NCBI GenBank assembly: GCA_964016885.1
Contig: OZ024743.1
Span: forward strand, 207,886,001-207,950,000
DNA: 64,000 nucleotides
Direction of reading: 5' to 3'
Source of the DNA: Eledone cirrhosa
Lineage: Eukaryota
In this document: positions 13,098-30,632 of the stretch, piece by piece
Numbering within the stretch: position 1 is the first letter of the stretch
Layout of the letters: each line of letters begins with the position of its first letter
Notes under the pieces: generated by a model
Seen by the model: only the letters and a program-made list of their open reading frames with translations
Told to the model about the DNA's origin: nothing
Databases searched by the model: none
Program-made: the position numbers and the translations under genes

Positions 13098-13189
13098 CTG
13101 GAGTTTCGCTTTTTTATCACAGAGTCATCAGACAAGAACAAGGTCTGATGACCCTGTGATAAACAGGCAAAACTCCAGAGTAACAAGAA
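13098..13189. ncRNA. Head-to-head inverted pair of partial hammerhead motifs
   Basis: Plus strand: gt-CTGATGA-ccctgtgataaacaggc-aAAAC-tccagagt-A-acaagaa. Minus strand: ttcttgt-CTGATGA-ctctgtgataaaaaagc-GAAAC-tccag. Arms are 13098-13133 and 13143-13178. Confidence 0.72.
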
Positions 13190-13844
13190 TCACTTTTTAG
13201 CCAAGAAAATGAATATTAAACCTCTACTTCGGTATTGAGTACTCCTTTCTCTTATCTGTCATTCACAGTGATACTTCTACATATTATGTGAAGATAAACA
13301 CCCGCCAGACAGTCCTATGCGAGCAAGACAACCACTCTTGCCTCAAGTGGGAAAACTCCCGTCCAAACCCATGCAAGCGTGGAACATGGACGTTAAACGA
13401 TGATGAAACACAATTTGTGTGAAATCTTTCTCAGTGATATTCCTTAATGGGCTGTAAAAATATTAATGAATAATGGGGCCAACGTGACGACAGGTGGTAG
13501 GTGATCAGGCCGGTATTAACACCCATTCTGCTTCTGGGTCCCAAGGTAATGACAGTTGGTGGGTGGCCAGGCTGGTTTTAAGACCCATTCCGTTGCTGAG
13601 TCAAAGGCATTCCTGCCATGACTATTCTGATTATTTTGTTTCTCCAGAAATTGATAGATCTCCGTCGGTTTCGACAATGACTATTCCAGTTGTTAGATCA
13701 ACGCGATACAGTATGTGACAAGACTGGTCCATTGAAATATAGCTGCTGTCTGCCTTATAGTTTAAGTGGCTGAACATTCCACAAACATGTACCTTTAACG
13801 TAGTTCTCAGGGAGATTCAGCATAACACAGCATGTGACATGACT

Positions 13845-14186
13845 CATCATCATCATCATTTCATTTAACGTCCACTTTTCCCTGCTTGCAAGGGTGGGAC
13901 GGGAACTGATTCTGGCTTGATTTCTACAGCTGGATGCCCTTCCTAACACCAACCTCATTTACAGTGAGTGCTGGGTGCTTTTTTGCCGTGGCACCTCCAC
14001 GACCACTTTGCAGTGGAATGATAGGGACCCCAGTCCCTATCATCTCATTTTTACAGCTGAGTAAACTGGAGTAAATGTGAAATAAAGTGCCTTGCTCAAG
14101 GAAACAACACATCACCCGGTCTGAGAATTGAACTCACAATCTTTCGATTGCAAGGCCAATGCTCTAACCACTAAGCCATGTGCCTC
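13845..14186 (-). mobile_element. SINE family A, full length, with 7-bp TSD, nested in an older repeat
   Basis: catgact flanks both sides (13838-13844 and 14187-14193). The host repeat (cagggagattca..acacag..tgtgac) also occurs inverted at ~43170-43330. Confidence 0.88.
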
Positions 14187-14498
14187 CATGACTGGTCCAT
14201 TGAATTACATGTACCAGCTGATTGGCTTCCAAGCAGTTTCCACCAACCAAATTTCATTCACAAATCATAGGTCGAGCTTTGCCCTAGGATGCCACGCAGT
14301 GGAATCGAATCCTGGATCTAATAATTGAGAAGCGAATCTCTTAACCATTTGGGTATGTCTGGCTTACACCATGACTTACATACACACACACACATGCTTG
14401 GCTTACAACCATGAATAACACACACACACACACACGCACACACATACCGACAGTCGTAATGTCGGCGTGCGTGTGTATATTAATATTAAGGCTAATTA

Positions 14499-14548
14499 CT
14501 TGGTACTTGGGACTTTCGCCAGTTTATCACATGGTCATCAAACAAGAA
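14499..14548 (-). ncRNA. Degenerate hammerhead motif, same family as 13098-13189
   Basis: Minus strand: ttcttgt-tTGATGA-ccatgtgataaactggc-GAAAg-tcccaagt-A-ccaag. C3 of the core is mutated. Confidence 0.5.
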
Positions 14549-14559
14549 CATATATAGAG

Positions 14560-14628
<69 letters not shown>

Positions 14629-15097
14629 TGTGTGTGTGTGCGTGTGTGTGTGTGTGGTGACAAATGTCAAAATTGATGACTTAAAATAAAACAAGTCTTT
14701 CAAGTGGATGAAGGGGAATATTAATGAAAAAGTAAGTGGGTGTGGTGAGGGTGATGAGTAGGGGTTGCTAGAGAAACAAGGAAAGTGATGGGGACCAAAA
14801 GACCAGAGTGGTGTGGTTCAGGGTGGGAGAATAACTGTATTAGAATCAAAACCTATAAGAGTTCACCAAATATTGGCTAAACCTCAGTGTAAAAATGTAA
14901 GAACAGAAATAAATTAAAGAAAGAAGAAAAATGATAGCAAAAACAGGGAGGTGAAGGTTTGGGGGATTAACTGAGAGGGTGAGACAAACAGAGAGAGTGG
15001 AGATAGATAGATATAGAGAGAGAGGGGAGAGAGAAAGATATATATATATATAGACAGAGAGGGAGGGAGAGAAAGATATATATAGACAGAGAGACAG

Positions 15098-15170
<73 letters not shown>

Positions 15171-15253
15171 CATGCACACACACACACACACACAAATATA
15201 CAAACACATATATATATATATATATATACATACACACACACACACACATATAT

Positions 15254-15405
<152 letters not shown>

Positions 15406-15419
15406 CACACACACATATA

Positions 15420-16083
15420 TACTGACATGGCTATAAAATTGAGGCTTGGTGCGTCATTGCAAATGAGTCAAATGTTATTAATATTCGAAAACTCTGATTA
15501 TATTTATTGTATTCAGCCATGTAGGGCGAAAATTTTCTTTTCTATTTAAATTTGGCAAAGCCGGCCATTTATCGCTTCGTATACAGGAAATTGACGGGCC
15601 AGTCTGTTGATATGCAAATTTGGCTGATCAGTGGATCTGCTAATATGCAGATCTGACTGATCAGCCAATCTGCTAATATGCAAATCAGGCCAATCAGTCA
15701 CTGTGTATTTTTGAAAATACCATATATTTCAACTAGCTCTGAGTTTGGCAGGTGAACAGTGGAACAGTGAGCTGTACTGATAAAGGGTGATACCCAGAAA
15801 CATTAGTGTCTGAAGTTCTGTTTATATGCCAACACAAGAGCAAGCATGAAGAGTTCATTCTACTGACATGGCTATAAAATAGAGTCTTGTTTGTGTAATT
15901 CCAAATGAATCGATCCCGCCGAGGTTAACTTTGCCTTTCATCCTTACGGGGTCGATAAAATAAAGTACCAGTAATGCACTGGATATTGCTGGCCTTGTGC
16001 CAAATGTAGAAACAATTATTAACATTCAAAAAACTCAGATAACATTTCTTGTATTCAGCCATGTAGAGAACAAATTTTCTTTT
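15420..16083 (+). mobile_element. Partial-tandem pLTR/retrozyme-like unit (~440-bp period) inserted in TA/CA microsatellite
   Basis: tactgacatggctataaaat...gtattcagccatgtag..aaattttcttt occurs at 15420-15540 and again at 15861-16083. The second copy is interrupted by a truncated SINE-B at ~15913-16016. A hammerhead motif lies between the copies. Confidence 0.72.
15763..15822 (+). ncRNA. Degenerate type I hammerhead motif
   Basis: Helix I aacag-t-gagctgta / tgaagttc-tgtt; core CTGATAA (G8 changed to A); helix II gggt-gat-accc; GAAACA-ttag-TGT-C (GUC triplet). Confidence 0.6.
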
Positions 16084-16176
16084 ATATATATATATACACA
16101 CATATATATATATATATACACATATATATATATATACTCATATATGTATATATACACGTATATATATAGACACATA

Positions 16177-16733
16177 AGCCATAGTATCTAGAATAAGGAC
16201 GGGTTGGAAGAAGTTTAGGGAGCTGCTTCCTCTGCTGACGAAGACGGGTTTCTCCCTGCGTACGAAAGGCCGGTTGTATGATGCCTGTGTGCGGAGCGCG
16301 ATGCTGCATGCTTGTGAGACATGGGCAGCAACTGCAGAGGATATGCGACGGCTGGAGAGAAATGAGGCAAGCATGCTCCGTTGGATGTGCAATGTCAATG
16401 TGCGTGAACGACCCAGCATCGATGTGTTGAGAGAGAAACTGTGTCTGAGAGGGATAGAATGTAGTGTACGGGAGAGGAGACTGAGGTGGTATGGATGCGC
16501 ATGGAGGATGACCGATGGGTGAAGAAGTGCCAGGAATTGCCAATAGAAGGAAGACGTGGTAGGGGTAGACCATGAAAAACATGGGCGGAGGTGGTGAGAA
16601 CCGACCTCAGATCACTGAAGGTCACGGTGGAGATGACGAAGGACCGTGACGAGTGGAGAGATGCTGTGCTGAATAAGACCCGTCCCACCCTTGCAAGCAG
16701 GGAAAAGCGGACGTAAAATGATGATGATGGTGA
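16177..16733 (+). mobile_element. RTE LINE 3' fragment (partner family of SINE A)
   Basis: '[16 protein letters not shown]...MYDACVRSAMLHACETW...RRLRWYG'. Ends cgtcccacccttgcaagcagggaaaagcggacgtaaaatgatgatg. Confidence 0.88.
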
Positions 16734-16909
16734 TATACACACACACATATGGAATACTGTTAGCTTCTCGCTACAACAAATTCTATACTTTTCATTTATA
16801 TATATATACATATATATATATACATACATATACATATATATACATACACACACATATATATATACACACACACATATATATATACACACACACATATATA
16901 TATATACGC

Positions 16910-16994
<85 letters not shown>

Positions 16995-17058
16995 CAGATA
17001 CATATATATATATATATATACACACACACATATATCATATATACATATATACACATAT

Positions 17059-17459
17059 GGTGGCTGCCAACTCGTTTTCGAGTATGGCCACTAATTTATA
17101 TCCATGTAGGAGAACCCCTACCGATGCGCTGAACGAGTGTGACTTTTTAGTCCAGCCAGCAACTTGAAAACTCTGGTACAAACACTACACCTGTGACAAT
17201 TACTGACACATAGTGCTGGGCCCATGGTACCATGTGACAACAAGTGCAGAGAGATCTCCAGATATAAAGCAATGCCTGTGCCGTGAAGCTTTTATAGTGA
17301 GCAAAGGCACTGCACAAAGCCAGTCCCACTCTCTTAACCAAGATGATATTTACCAAAAAGAACAAGTCAACATCATTGGATACCATCAGGGTTGCAGGTG
17401 TTATATCAGAGTTTTCCTTCTCCTAGAATTCTGCCTTGACAAAGGCTAAGGGGTCATCT
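17059..17459 (-). mobile_element. Unclassified interspersed repeat, inverted copy of 51685-52065
   Basis: High similarity to the reverse complement of 51685-52065. Both copies are embedded in (TA)n. Confidence 0.8.
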
Positions 17460-17619
17460 ATATACATATATATATATATACATACATACATATATATATA
17501 TACATACATATATATATATATATACATACATATATATATATATACATACATATATATATATACATACATATATATATATACATACATATATATATATACA
17601 TACATATATATATATACAT

Positions 17620-17939
17620 AACTTTGAAATGTTTTGGCCAGTATTGGCCCAGGCCATGTCTAACTTAATAGCACCACCTGGCGAAGTCTTTCAATTCAGG
17701 AAGAGAATTACTGTTTGCGGAGACATATCCGGGTGTGGGTGGTTTGTCCGGGATTACTTGGAGGAATTTGTCCAAAGACTTCTTGAATTTTGTGTGGTCA
17801 GTTTCTGTTTTGACGTGTCCTGGTGTGATGTTGAAGAGAGCAGGGCCGATTGAGGTGAAATAATTGTGCCGTATTGTTGTTATGAGTTGCGATTTAGATT
17901 TTTGAATGGGACGGATAGCACGGGGCCCAAGCCTTGCAT

Positions 17940-17940
<1 letters not shown>
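17620..17940 (-). mobile_element. CR1/L2-group LINE extreme 3' fragment
   Basis: Translation '[22 protein letters not shown]....[20 protein letters not shown]...NSNSL' is typical of CR1-group ORF2 C-termini. Confidence 0.7.
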
Positions 17941-21330
<3,390 letters not shown>

Positions 21331-21331
<1 letters not shown>

Positions 21332-22324
21332 TAGCTCTTACAACTGCGCAGAGGGCTCTATAGAAATAGTGGACAGCTTCCGTTACCTGGGTGACAAAAT
21401 CAGCAGTGGGGGAGGGTGCTCTGAAAGTACAGTAGCTAGAGTCAGAACTGGATGGAAAAAGTTCAGAGAGCTTATACCACTATTAGCCGCTAAAGGGTTC
21501 TCCCTAAAAATGAAAGGCAGGTTGTATGATGCCTGCATACGAACAGCAATGTTGCATGGCAGTGAGACCTGGGCATTGTGTGCAGAGGATATACGCAGAC
21601 TAGAGAGGAACGAAGCTTGCATGCTCCGCTGGATGTGTAACAGTAATATACGTGAACGGCAAAGCATAAACGAACTAAGGAAAAAATTAGAAATAAGAGG
21701 GATCAGATGTTGTTTACTCGAGAGAAGGCTACGTTGGTATGGACACGTGATGCGCATGAAAGTCGATAGCTGTATAACAAAGTGCAGGGCAATAAAGATA
21801 GACGGTAGCCACGGAATAGGCAGACCTAGAAAAACCTGGGACGAGCTGATAAACTCCGACCTCACACACTTACACCTCTCCAAGACAATGTCACAGGACC
21901 GAGACCTTTGGCGGTACTCAGTAATAGAGAAGACCCGCCTTACCTAAATACATAGTAAAACCTACTACAGCCAGTAGGCATCTCTAACAAATACACCCCC
22001 GTCCCATCCACACCACCCCCTCCTATGTAAAGTTATGTTGGTGCCACACCATCCAGGCCGAAACAAATGAGATCGTGTAGGTGTCACGACAAAAAAAACA
22101 CACAGTCCACGCTGTAATGTGGCCGTGTAGGCAACACTGTAAAAACCTTCCAGACCCACACTGTAAATGTGGTTGGTGTTAGGAAGGGCATCCAACTGTA
22201 GAAAACCTGCCAGACAGTCCTATGCGAGCAAGACAATCACTCTTGCCTCAAGTGGGAATACCCCCGTCCAAACCCATGCAAGCGTGGAACACGGACGTTA
22301 AACGTTGATGATGATGATGATGAT
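21331..22324 (+). mobile_element. RTE LINE 3' fragment (open 192-aa C-terminal frame), 3' UTR and (GAT)n tail
   Basis: ORF 21369-21947 'DSFRYLGD...[12 protein letters not shown]...LHGSETW...RRLRWYGHV.R...GRPRKTW'. Same family as 8207-9150. Confidence 0.92.
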
Positions 22325-24212
<1,888 letters not shown>

Positions 24213-24249
24213 ATATATAAGAACAAAAGATAGTTAAAAGAGTTCCATG

Positions 24250-24320
24250 TATTTTATTATGCGCATTTCAAAAACAAATATCATCTAGCAATAATATTTG
24301 TGTTTTTATCAGATAAAACA
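24250..24320 (-). ncRNA. Hammerhead motif in the PLE 3' pLTR (core G8 mutated)
   Basis: Minus strand: tgttttat-CTGATAA-aaacacaaatattattgctagatgatatttgttttt-GAA-ATGCGCAT-A-ataaaata. Homologous to 5644-5714. Confidence 0.68.
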
Positions 24321-24679
24321 GGAAGACATGATATGAAGGTTAAAAAACACTTGTGGATAGTGCAGTTTTAAATCAACATATGAGAAGTAGTTTTAGATTG
24401 ATGCGTGATATTGGGAAAAATATTTTATTTTGAGCGGGGGAGGCGTTGGAAAGGATGAAAAGGAGGAGATGAGAGTAAAAAGTGGAGAGGGAGGAGTATA
24501 ATGAGGAAGGATGAGATAGGAGAGATCGGTGATAGAGAGAGAGAGAAAGCTTTTAAAACTGAGAAAGATATATTGTTTAACATAGTGAGGTTGAAAACCG
24601 TTGGAAGATAATGTATAAATTAAAAGAATTTGAAAATTAACGAAGAGAAAAATAATGTAAAGTTAAGGTTTGTATATTG

Positions 24680-24848
24680 AGGGGTTTAATAATATGTGTG
24701 ATGAAAAGAAAATGTTAATATGTATTAAGAATAATATTTAAGGGTTTAATAACATGTGCGATGGAAAGAAAAAGTTAATATGTATTAAGAATGATATTTA
24801 AGGGTTTAATAATATGTGCGATGGAAAGAAAATGTTGATATGTATTAT
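24680..24848. repeat. ~59-bp tandem repeat x3 inside the PLE 3' region
   Basis: gggtttaataa.atgtg.gatg.aaagaaaa.gtt.atatgtatta repeated three times. Confidence 0.8.
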
Positions 24849-25256
24849 TAAAAAGAACAACAGGTAATTTAAGTAAGGATATATTGTGAGATGAGCATGA
24901 ATGAGTTAGATGAAAGGGAGAAAAGAATAATGAATTGAGGATGAATAATCTAACGTCAAAAAAATGTTTATGTTTACGAAGGATGTTTACAAGGTGATAT
25001 AGAGTAAGAATGTATTGTATTATGTAATAATTGATTCTATGTTAGGCAACAGTGAGAAAAGGTACAGATTAGGGGTTAGACATTAAAAGAAAAAGAGAAG
25101 AAAGGGAAGTGATAAATAGGAGCGATATAGAATGAGTAACAAGTATTATAGAATGTATAATAACCTTTGAAATAAGGTAGAAAGATGGGTATATTTTTAA
25201 AGAAGTGTATATATATATGTGCCTTTGAGAAAAAGATTCTAAATTGATAAAGAATA

Positions 25257-26174
25257 TTAGCTGTATACTTTGTGGAATGTTTTGTGGAATTTATGCAAGC
25301 AGATAGAAAACAAGTCAGTGCGTCTATTTATTATAGAATCTAAATTAGATATAATGGTAAATTTTTCATTTAGACAGAGATTGCAAATTTTGGATAGAGA
25401 ACTGTTCAAGTATGGAGACGCAGAAGAAACCTTCTTCCAAAAGATGCTATATTTAATATTTTTGTCTTTCAAGGACCATATGAGTTCTGAGAGAGCCATG
25501 TTGGTTCTTTTAAGTTTGTATTTAAAAGACGAATGATGGTTATAAAGACGAGCTTTAAAAGAGGTGGAAGTGGAGCCAAAATAGGTGAAGGAATTGGTGT
25601 CAGTTATAACTTTACATTCGTAAATTAAGTTTTTATCAAGACAATGGTTGTTGAGAGGACATTTATTTTTAACAGGGCAATTGCAATTGCGATTAGAGAG
25701 ATTATTAACGAGTGACCTAGTGTTATCTAGAGAAGGAATTGGATTGGAGAAGTTATTTGCGATAGGAATAATAGTTTCTTGATTTAGAATGGGATTAAGA
25801 ACATTTAGCGAAGTTGTGTTTGACGTTGTATTTGGGTTTGCAGAAATTAGCCTAGAGTTTACAATGACGTTGGGAGTACTATTACTGTTATTATGATATT
25901 CAGTATTGGAAGGAAGAGATTTAGTATTTAGTATTTTATTGTTGTGTTTAGAGATAATGTTGGAAATGTTGGAGGATGTAGAATAGGAAAATTTTATAGT
26001 GTGTTTGTTAAATATTTTACTATAGATATGTGAGGGAGGGAAGCATTTATTTAAGGCACTAAAGAATAATTTAGGAATATTATTATTAATAGAGATGGAG
26101 AAAGGAGCATTATACCAGATTATGTTTTTGTATCTAGGTCTTTTATTAAAGTTATCAAATGTTATCAAATTCAA
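25257..26174 (-). pseudogene. Penelope-like linker + GIY-YIG endonuclease
   Basis: 'IIWYNAPFS', 'CNCPVKNKCPL...C', 'LIYECKV.......YFGST...FKARLYNH..SF', 'KICNLCLNEKFTI'. Confidence 0.88.
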
Positions 26175-26847
26175 TTTTTAGGTTATGTTGGTTAAAGAGA
26201 TTACGTATATTGTTCTTAATAATATTAAGGTTAACTATGTTGCAATTTAAGATAGTAAAGAGTCCATCGTCACGATAAATTCCACCGCGAAGTTGGGGAA
26301 TTTTCCGACTCAAAGAGTTCAAAATAAAGATACCAATTAAATCTGTCAATTGGGATGAATCGGATGCTCCCATTGTGATGTCAAAGTTGTTAGAGGTATC
26401 GGCTCTGTTCCAATATTTGTTGTTGAACTCTAGGATGGTTTTACGTGCGGTGAGAATGATGTGAAGTTCATCTGTGGTGATGTCAGAATATTTAAGTGCG
26501 AAAGATAGAGCATTATTGAGAAGTGAAGGCGAAATAGAAGAATAGTAGCTGGCAATATCAAATTGAACAAATTTTAATTTGTTTTTATTATTCAATTTGT
26601 TGAACCAGCTAATCACTTCAGAAGCACCAAACCATAAATTTAGGTTCAAAGAAGAGCAATTAGAACGAACCTGTGGGATATTTCTATCCAAGATGGCTTT
26701 ACTAACAACTCCCAGATCTGATTTAGAGGGGGCGATTAATCTAACAGGTAGTTCAGTGCGAAAATTGTTTTTGTGATCCTTGAGATTTATCCTCGGAGTT
26801 CTTGGGAGGAATGGTTCGGTCTTTTTTTCAATGCCAAGTTTTGACAT
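26155..26847 (-). pseudogene. Penelope-like reverse transcriptase, partial
   Basis: 'LKDHK....LPVRLI.P', 'FDIASYYSSI', 'ITMGAS.S..L.DL', 'YRDDG'. Ends abruptly after motif 5/6 at a 10-bp duplication. Confidence 0.88.
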
Positions 26848-26970
26848 AATCTCAGAGGCTTCAAAGTTTATGTATTCTAAATTATCATGGTTGGATTTAC
26901 AATATTTTTTCCTATTTTTTCTGATATCTGCATTGCTTTATTGTACTACAATAAAACTCACCTCCTACAT

Positions 26971-27294
26971 ATATATATACATATATAGATATATATATAT
27001 CTATATACATATATAGATATATATATATACATATATATATATCTATATATACATATATATATATCTATATACATATATAGATATATATATATATATACAT
27101 ATATATATATCTACATATATATATATCTATATACATATATAGATATATATATATATATACATATATATATATCTATATACATATATAGATATATATATAT
27201 ACATATATATATATCTATATATACATATATATATATCTATATACATATATAGATATATATATATACATATATATATATCTATATACATATATAG

Positions 27295-27342
<48 letters not shown>

Positions 27343-27460
27343 CTATATACATATATAGATATATATATATACATATATATATATCTATATACATATATAG
27401 ATATATATATATACATATATATATATATAGATATATATATATACATATATATATATATAG

Positions 27461-27503
<43 letters not shown>

Positions 27504-27534
27504 GCTATATATATATATATAGATATATATATAG

Positions 27535-27602
<68 letters not shown>

Positions 27603-27800
27603 CTATATATATATATATATATAGCTATATATATATACACATAGATATATATATTTATGTCTATAGATATATATAGAGATTATATATATCTATAGACATA
27701 TATAGATATATAGATATATATATCTATATAGATATATGTATATAGATAGATATATATCTATCTATATAGATATATCTAGATAGATAGATATATATACATC
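26971..27800. repeat. (TA)n/(TAGA)/(TATC) compound microsatellite
   Basis: Direct reading of the sequence. Confidence 0.95.
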
Positions 27801-28107
27801 TATAGGAGGCATGGCTTAGTGGTTAAAATAATGAATTCAAAAGAAAGAGAGAGAGAGAGATATTGGAAAATGTGTGAGATCCTCATTAAAACCCACCACC
27901 ACCAGACACACACCGAAATTCATCTTTGATATAGAAATTTGTAGAAGATATTTTTTATAAATTTAAGAGAGTTGATTCAGCTATAAGAAACGAATTTGAA
28001 AAACATCCTGCCATTATATTCATCAAAGGTCATCTATTGAAATTGAACCAGCAGGAAGGGAATTTTTACCAAGCCTTTCTAAACACTTATCTTGCTGTCA
28101 ACTTCAC

Positions 28108-28248
<141 letters not shown>

Positions 28249-28696
28249 TTCGTGCTTTAATTCCTTTAAACCTTCATCAACACTCCTTCACTCTCACACT
28301 CATTAACACCGCACCCCACCCCGCAGACACATCCAAATCTCTCTTAAATATAGCGTCACACATCACAACACAACCTGATCTCAGTTTGACAATCCCCACC
28401 GATGAATGCGAGAAAGTTCTCCAAGAAAGTTAACCAGGAATCTTTAAAATTCTTCCCACCGATGTTAACAAAGAACTTACTAGATCTACCAACTCATAAT
28501 ATTATAATATTATAAAATTAAATCCAATTATTTAGAACTACAAGTGAAGTCATTCTTTTCCTTTTTTTTCAAATTTATATATACAGAAATGGAAGTTTAC
28601 TAAAATCGAAGTTTTGGCTGTGGCCAAGCTAACGATATACAATCAGGAATGTGCAGCGAAGCACTCGATAAGGTTATGTCACCTTAAAGTAATAAC

Positions 28697-28867
28697 TATT
28701 TCTACTTTTGGCACAAGGCCAGCAATTATCCCAGTGCATTACTGGTACTTTATTTTATCGACCCTGTAAGGATGAAAGGCAAAGTTAACCTCAGCGGGAT
28801 TTGAACTCAGACCATAAAGGGCCGTAACTCTATGCTGCAACGCATGGCGTCCGTCCCTCTACTATTA
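28697..28867 (-). mobile_element. SINE family B with 14-bp TSD
   Basis: cttaaagtaataac at 28683-28696 and 28868-28881. Confidence 0.9.
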
Positions 28868-30000
28868 CTTAAAGTAATAACATACGTTAGAAAGCTTGAC
28901 AAATTCAAGACTGCGACCGGTGACCCAGCCACATGAACCAAAGCAACGAGAAAACCAACTCAGGTAAGAAGAACCTTCTGCCATGTTAGGAACCAGTATT
29001 AAATTTTGTTTAATAATTATTGGTGGTTGTGTAGTTAAAGTCTACCATACAGATAGATCAGGTTCTTTATCTGTCCGATATAATGTATTTTTTTCTCATG
29101 GCAGTGCCCCCAGCATAACTTGGTGGTTGTATGGTTGAATATTTGTCTACCATTCAGATAGCCCAGGTTCCTGTCTGATGCAGCATATTTCTTATTACAT
29201 GGCATTGCACCAGCATGGCCTCAGCTCATTGACTGGAACAAGCAGAGAGGTGAAAGAGTATCATTTTCCTGAATTCAAGCCCTGCTTTACTTTTCATTGT
29301 TTCAGGGTCAATAAAATACCAGTCATACTCTGAGGTTGACCTTTTTTTTTTTTTTTGTTGTTTCCTATCACCAAATTGTATTTGTTAAAAATTATGAAAC
29401 AATACTAAATTTGGAAGTATGTTTGTAACGTGAAGTTTAGAAAGCTAACTTCTGAGGATTTTAACTCAGATGTAAAGGGCCATAAATCTATGCTGCAAAG
29501 TATGTTGTCCAACGTTTTACGGATACTGTTAATCCACTGCCCTCAGCCACAAACATTAGTAATGAGAATATTAGTTATATTACTAAAACTACCAATTCTT
29601 GATTATTTTCAAACGATTTCAACAGCAGCATGTCATTTATTAGAAATATGTCAAAAAAGGAAGTTATCGGTAATAAAATCTCTGATTGCTAGTTTTAACA
29701 TCAGTAATATAGACATAATATATTTCGAGTATATATGTAATGTGACAAACTTGTTTCCAGTTATTATCAACGCTTCAAGACTTATCAAAAACTTCACCCA
29801 CATATTCCTGAGAAGATTGTGGGGAGAAGAGCCCTCAAACACTCCTTCTAGCAGGTCCTGTCAGAAGCAACCATCTCTAACTGATCCAGCTAGATCCCAA
29901 AGTGTGACCAGCCAAGCTCATGGATGTTATTTTGCTTGGAGTCTACATCTGGGTCTCTTACTGCTTAGTTTTGCCTATAAAATCTGTCCACCAATTCTTT

Positions 30001-30061
<61 letters not shown>

Positions 30062-30374
30062 AAGAGAGTGTGTGTTTTTGGTGATTGCTGAAGCGAAGTA
30101 AAGCAGCAAAACGCTGATAGAATGGTTGAACAAAGTATATAGTAAGATGATATCTGTCGCTAGTCATTGAAACTTCTCTCTCCGCTCTGTGTCGTATAAT
30201 GATCCCAGCACAGTTTAGTTGATCGGAGGAGGGTTTGTGTGCTGGGTTAAATAAATAACCGTGAAAGTAGGGATAACGGGGGGGGGGGGGATGAGAAGGA
30301 AGATTGTAGAGATGAAGGAGATGAAACAAGAGCTTGTGACACTCACTGTGTCTTTATACTACCGTTAGCTAGTG

Positions 30375-30410
<36 letters not shown>

Positions 30411-30571
30411 CTCACTAATATATATATAATTTCCTTTCCTTTTTCTTCGAAAATACTTAACATATATTTATATAGATGAAGTAATTCCGTCGGAAAGGTC
30501 CAGGAAAAAAAGAGTGCTCTATGTAGGTTACAGAGCTTATTAGTTATGTAATAAACAACATAAGATAATTA

Positions 30572-30632
30572 TTTCATTTACCAGTGGTTTCTTGAAAGCA
30601 AGCAAAATTTGCTTTCAGTCATCAGAATGAAA
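30572..30632 (-). ncRNA. Type I hammerhead ribozyme motif (inverted copy of 31239-31299)
   Basis: Exact reverse complement of 31239-31299. Confidence 0.85.

Larger units (their letters stand above)
24213..26970 (-). mobile_element. Penelope-like retroelement (EN+, Hydra-clade-type motifs) inserted in (TA)n
   Basis: RT and GIY-YIG ORFs, a long pyrimidine-rich 3' region and a terminal hammerhead motif. Both ends abut TA microsatellite. Confidence 0.9.

Noticed and set aside
29430-30101. 223-aa ORF
   Set aside because: Starts in a decayed SINE-B, ends in (TA)n, and has no recognisable domain.
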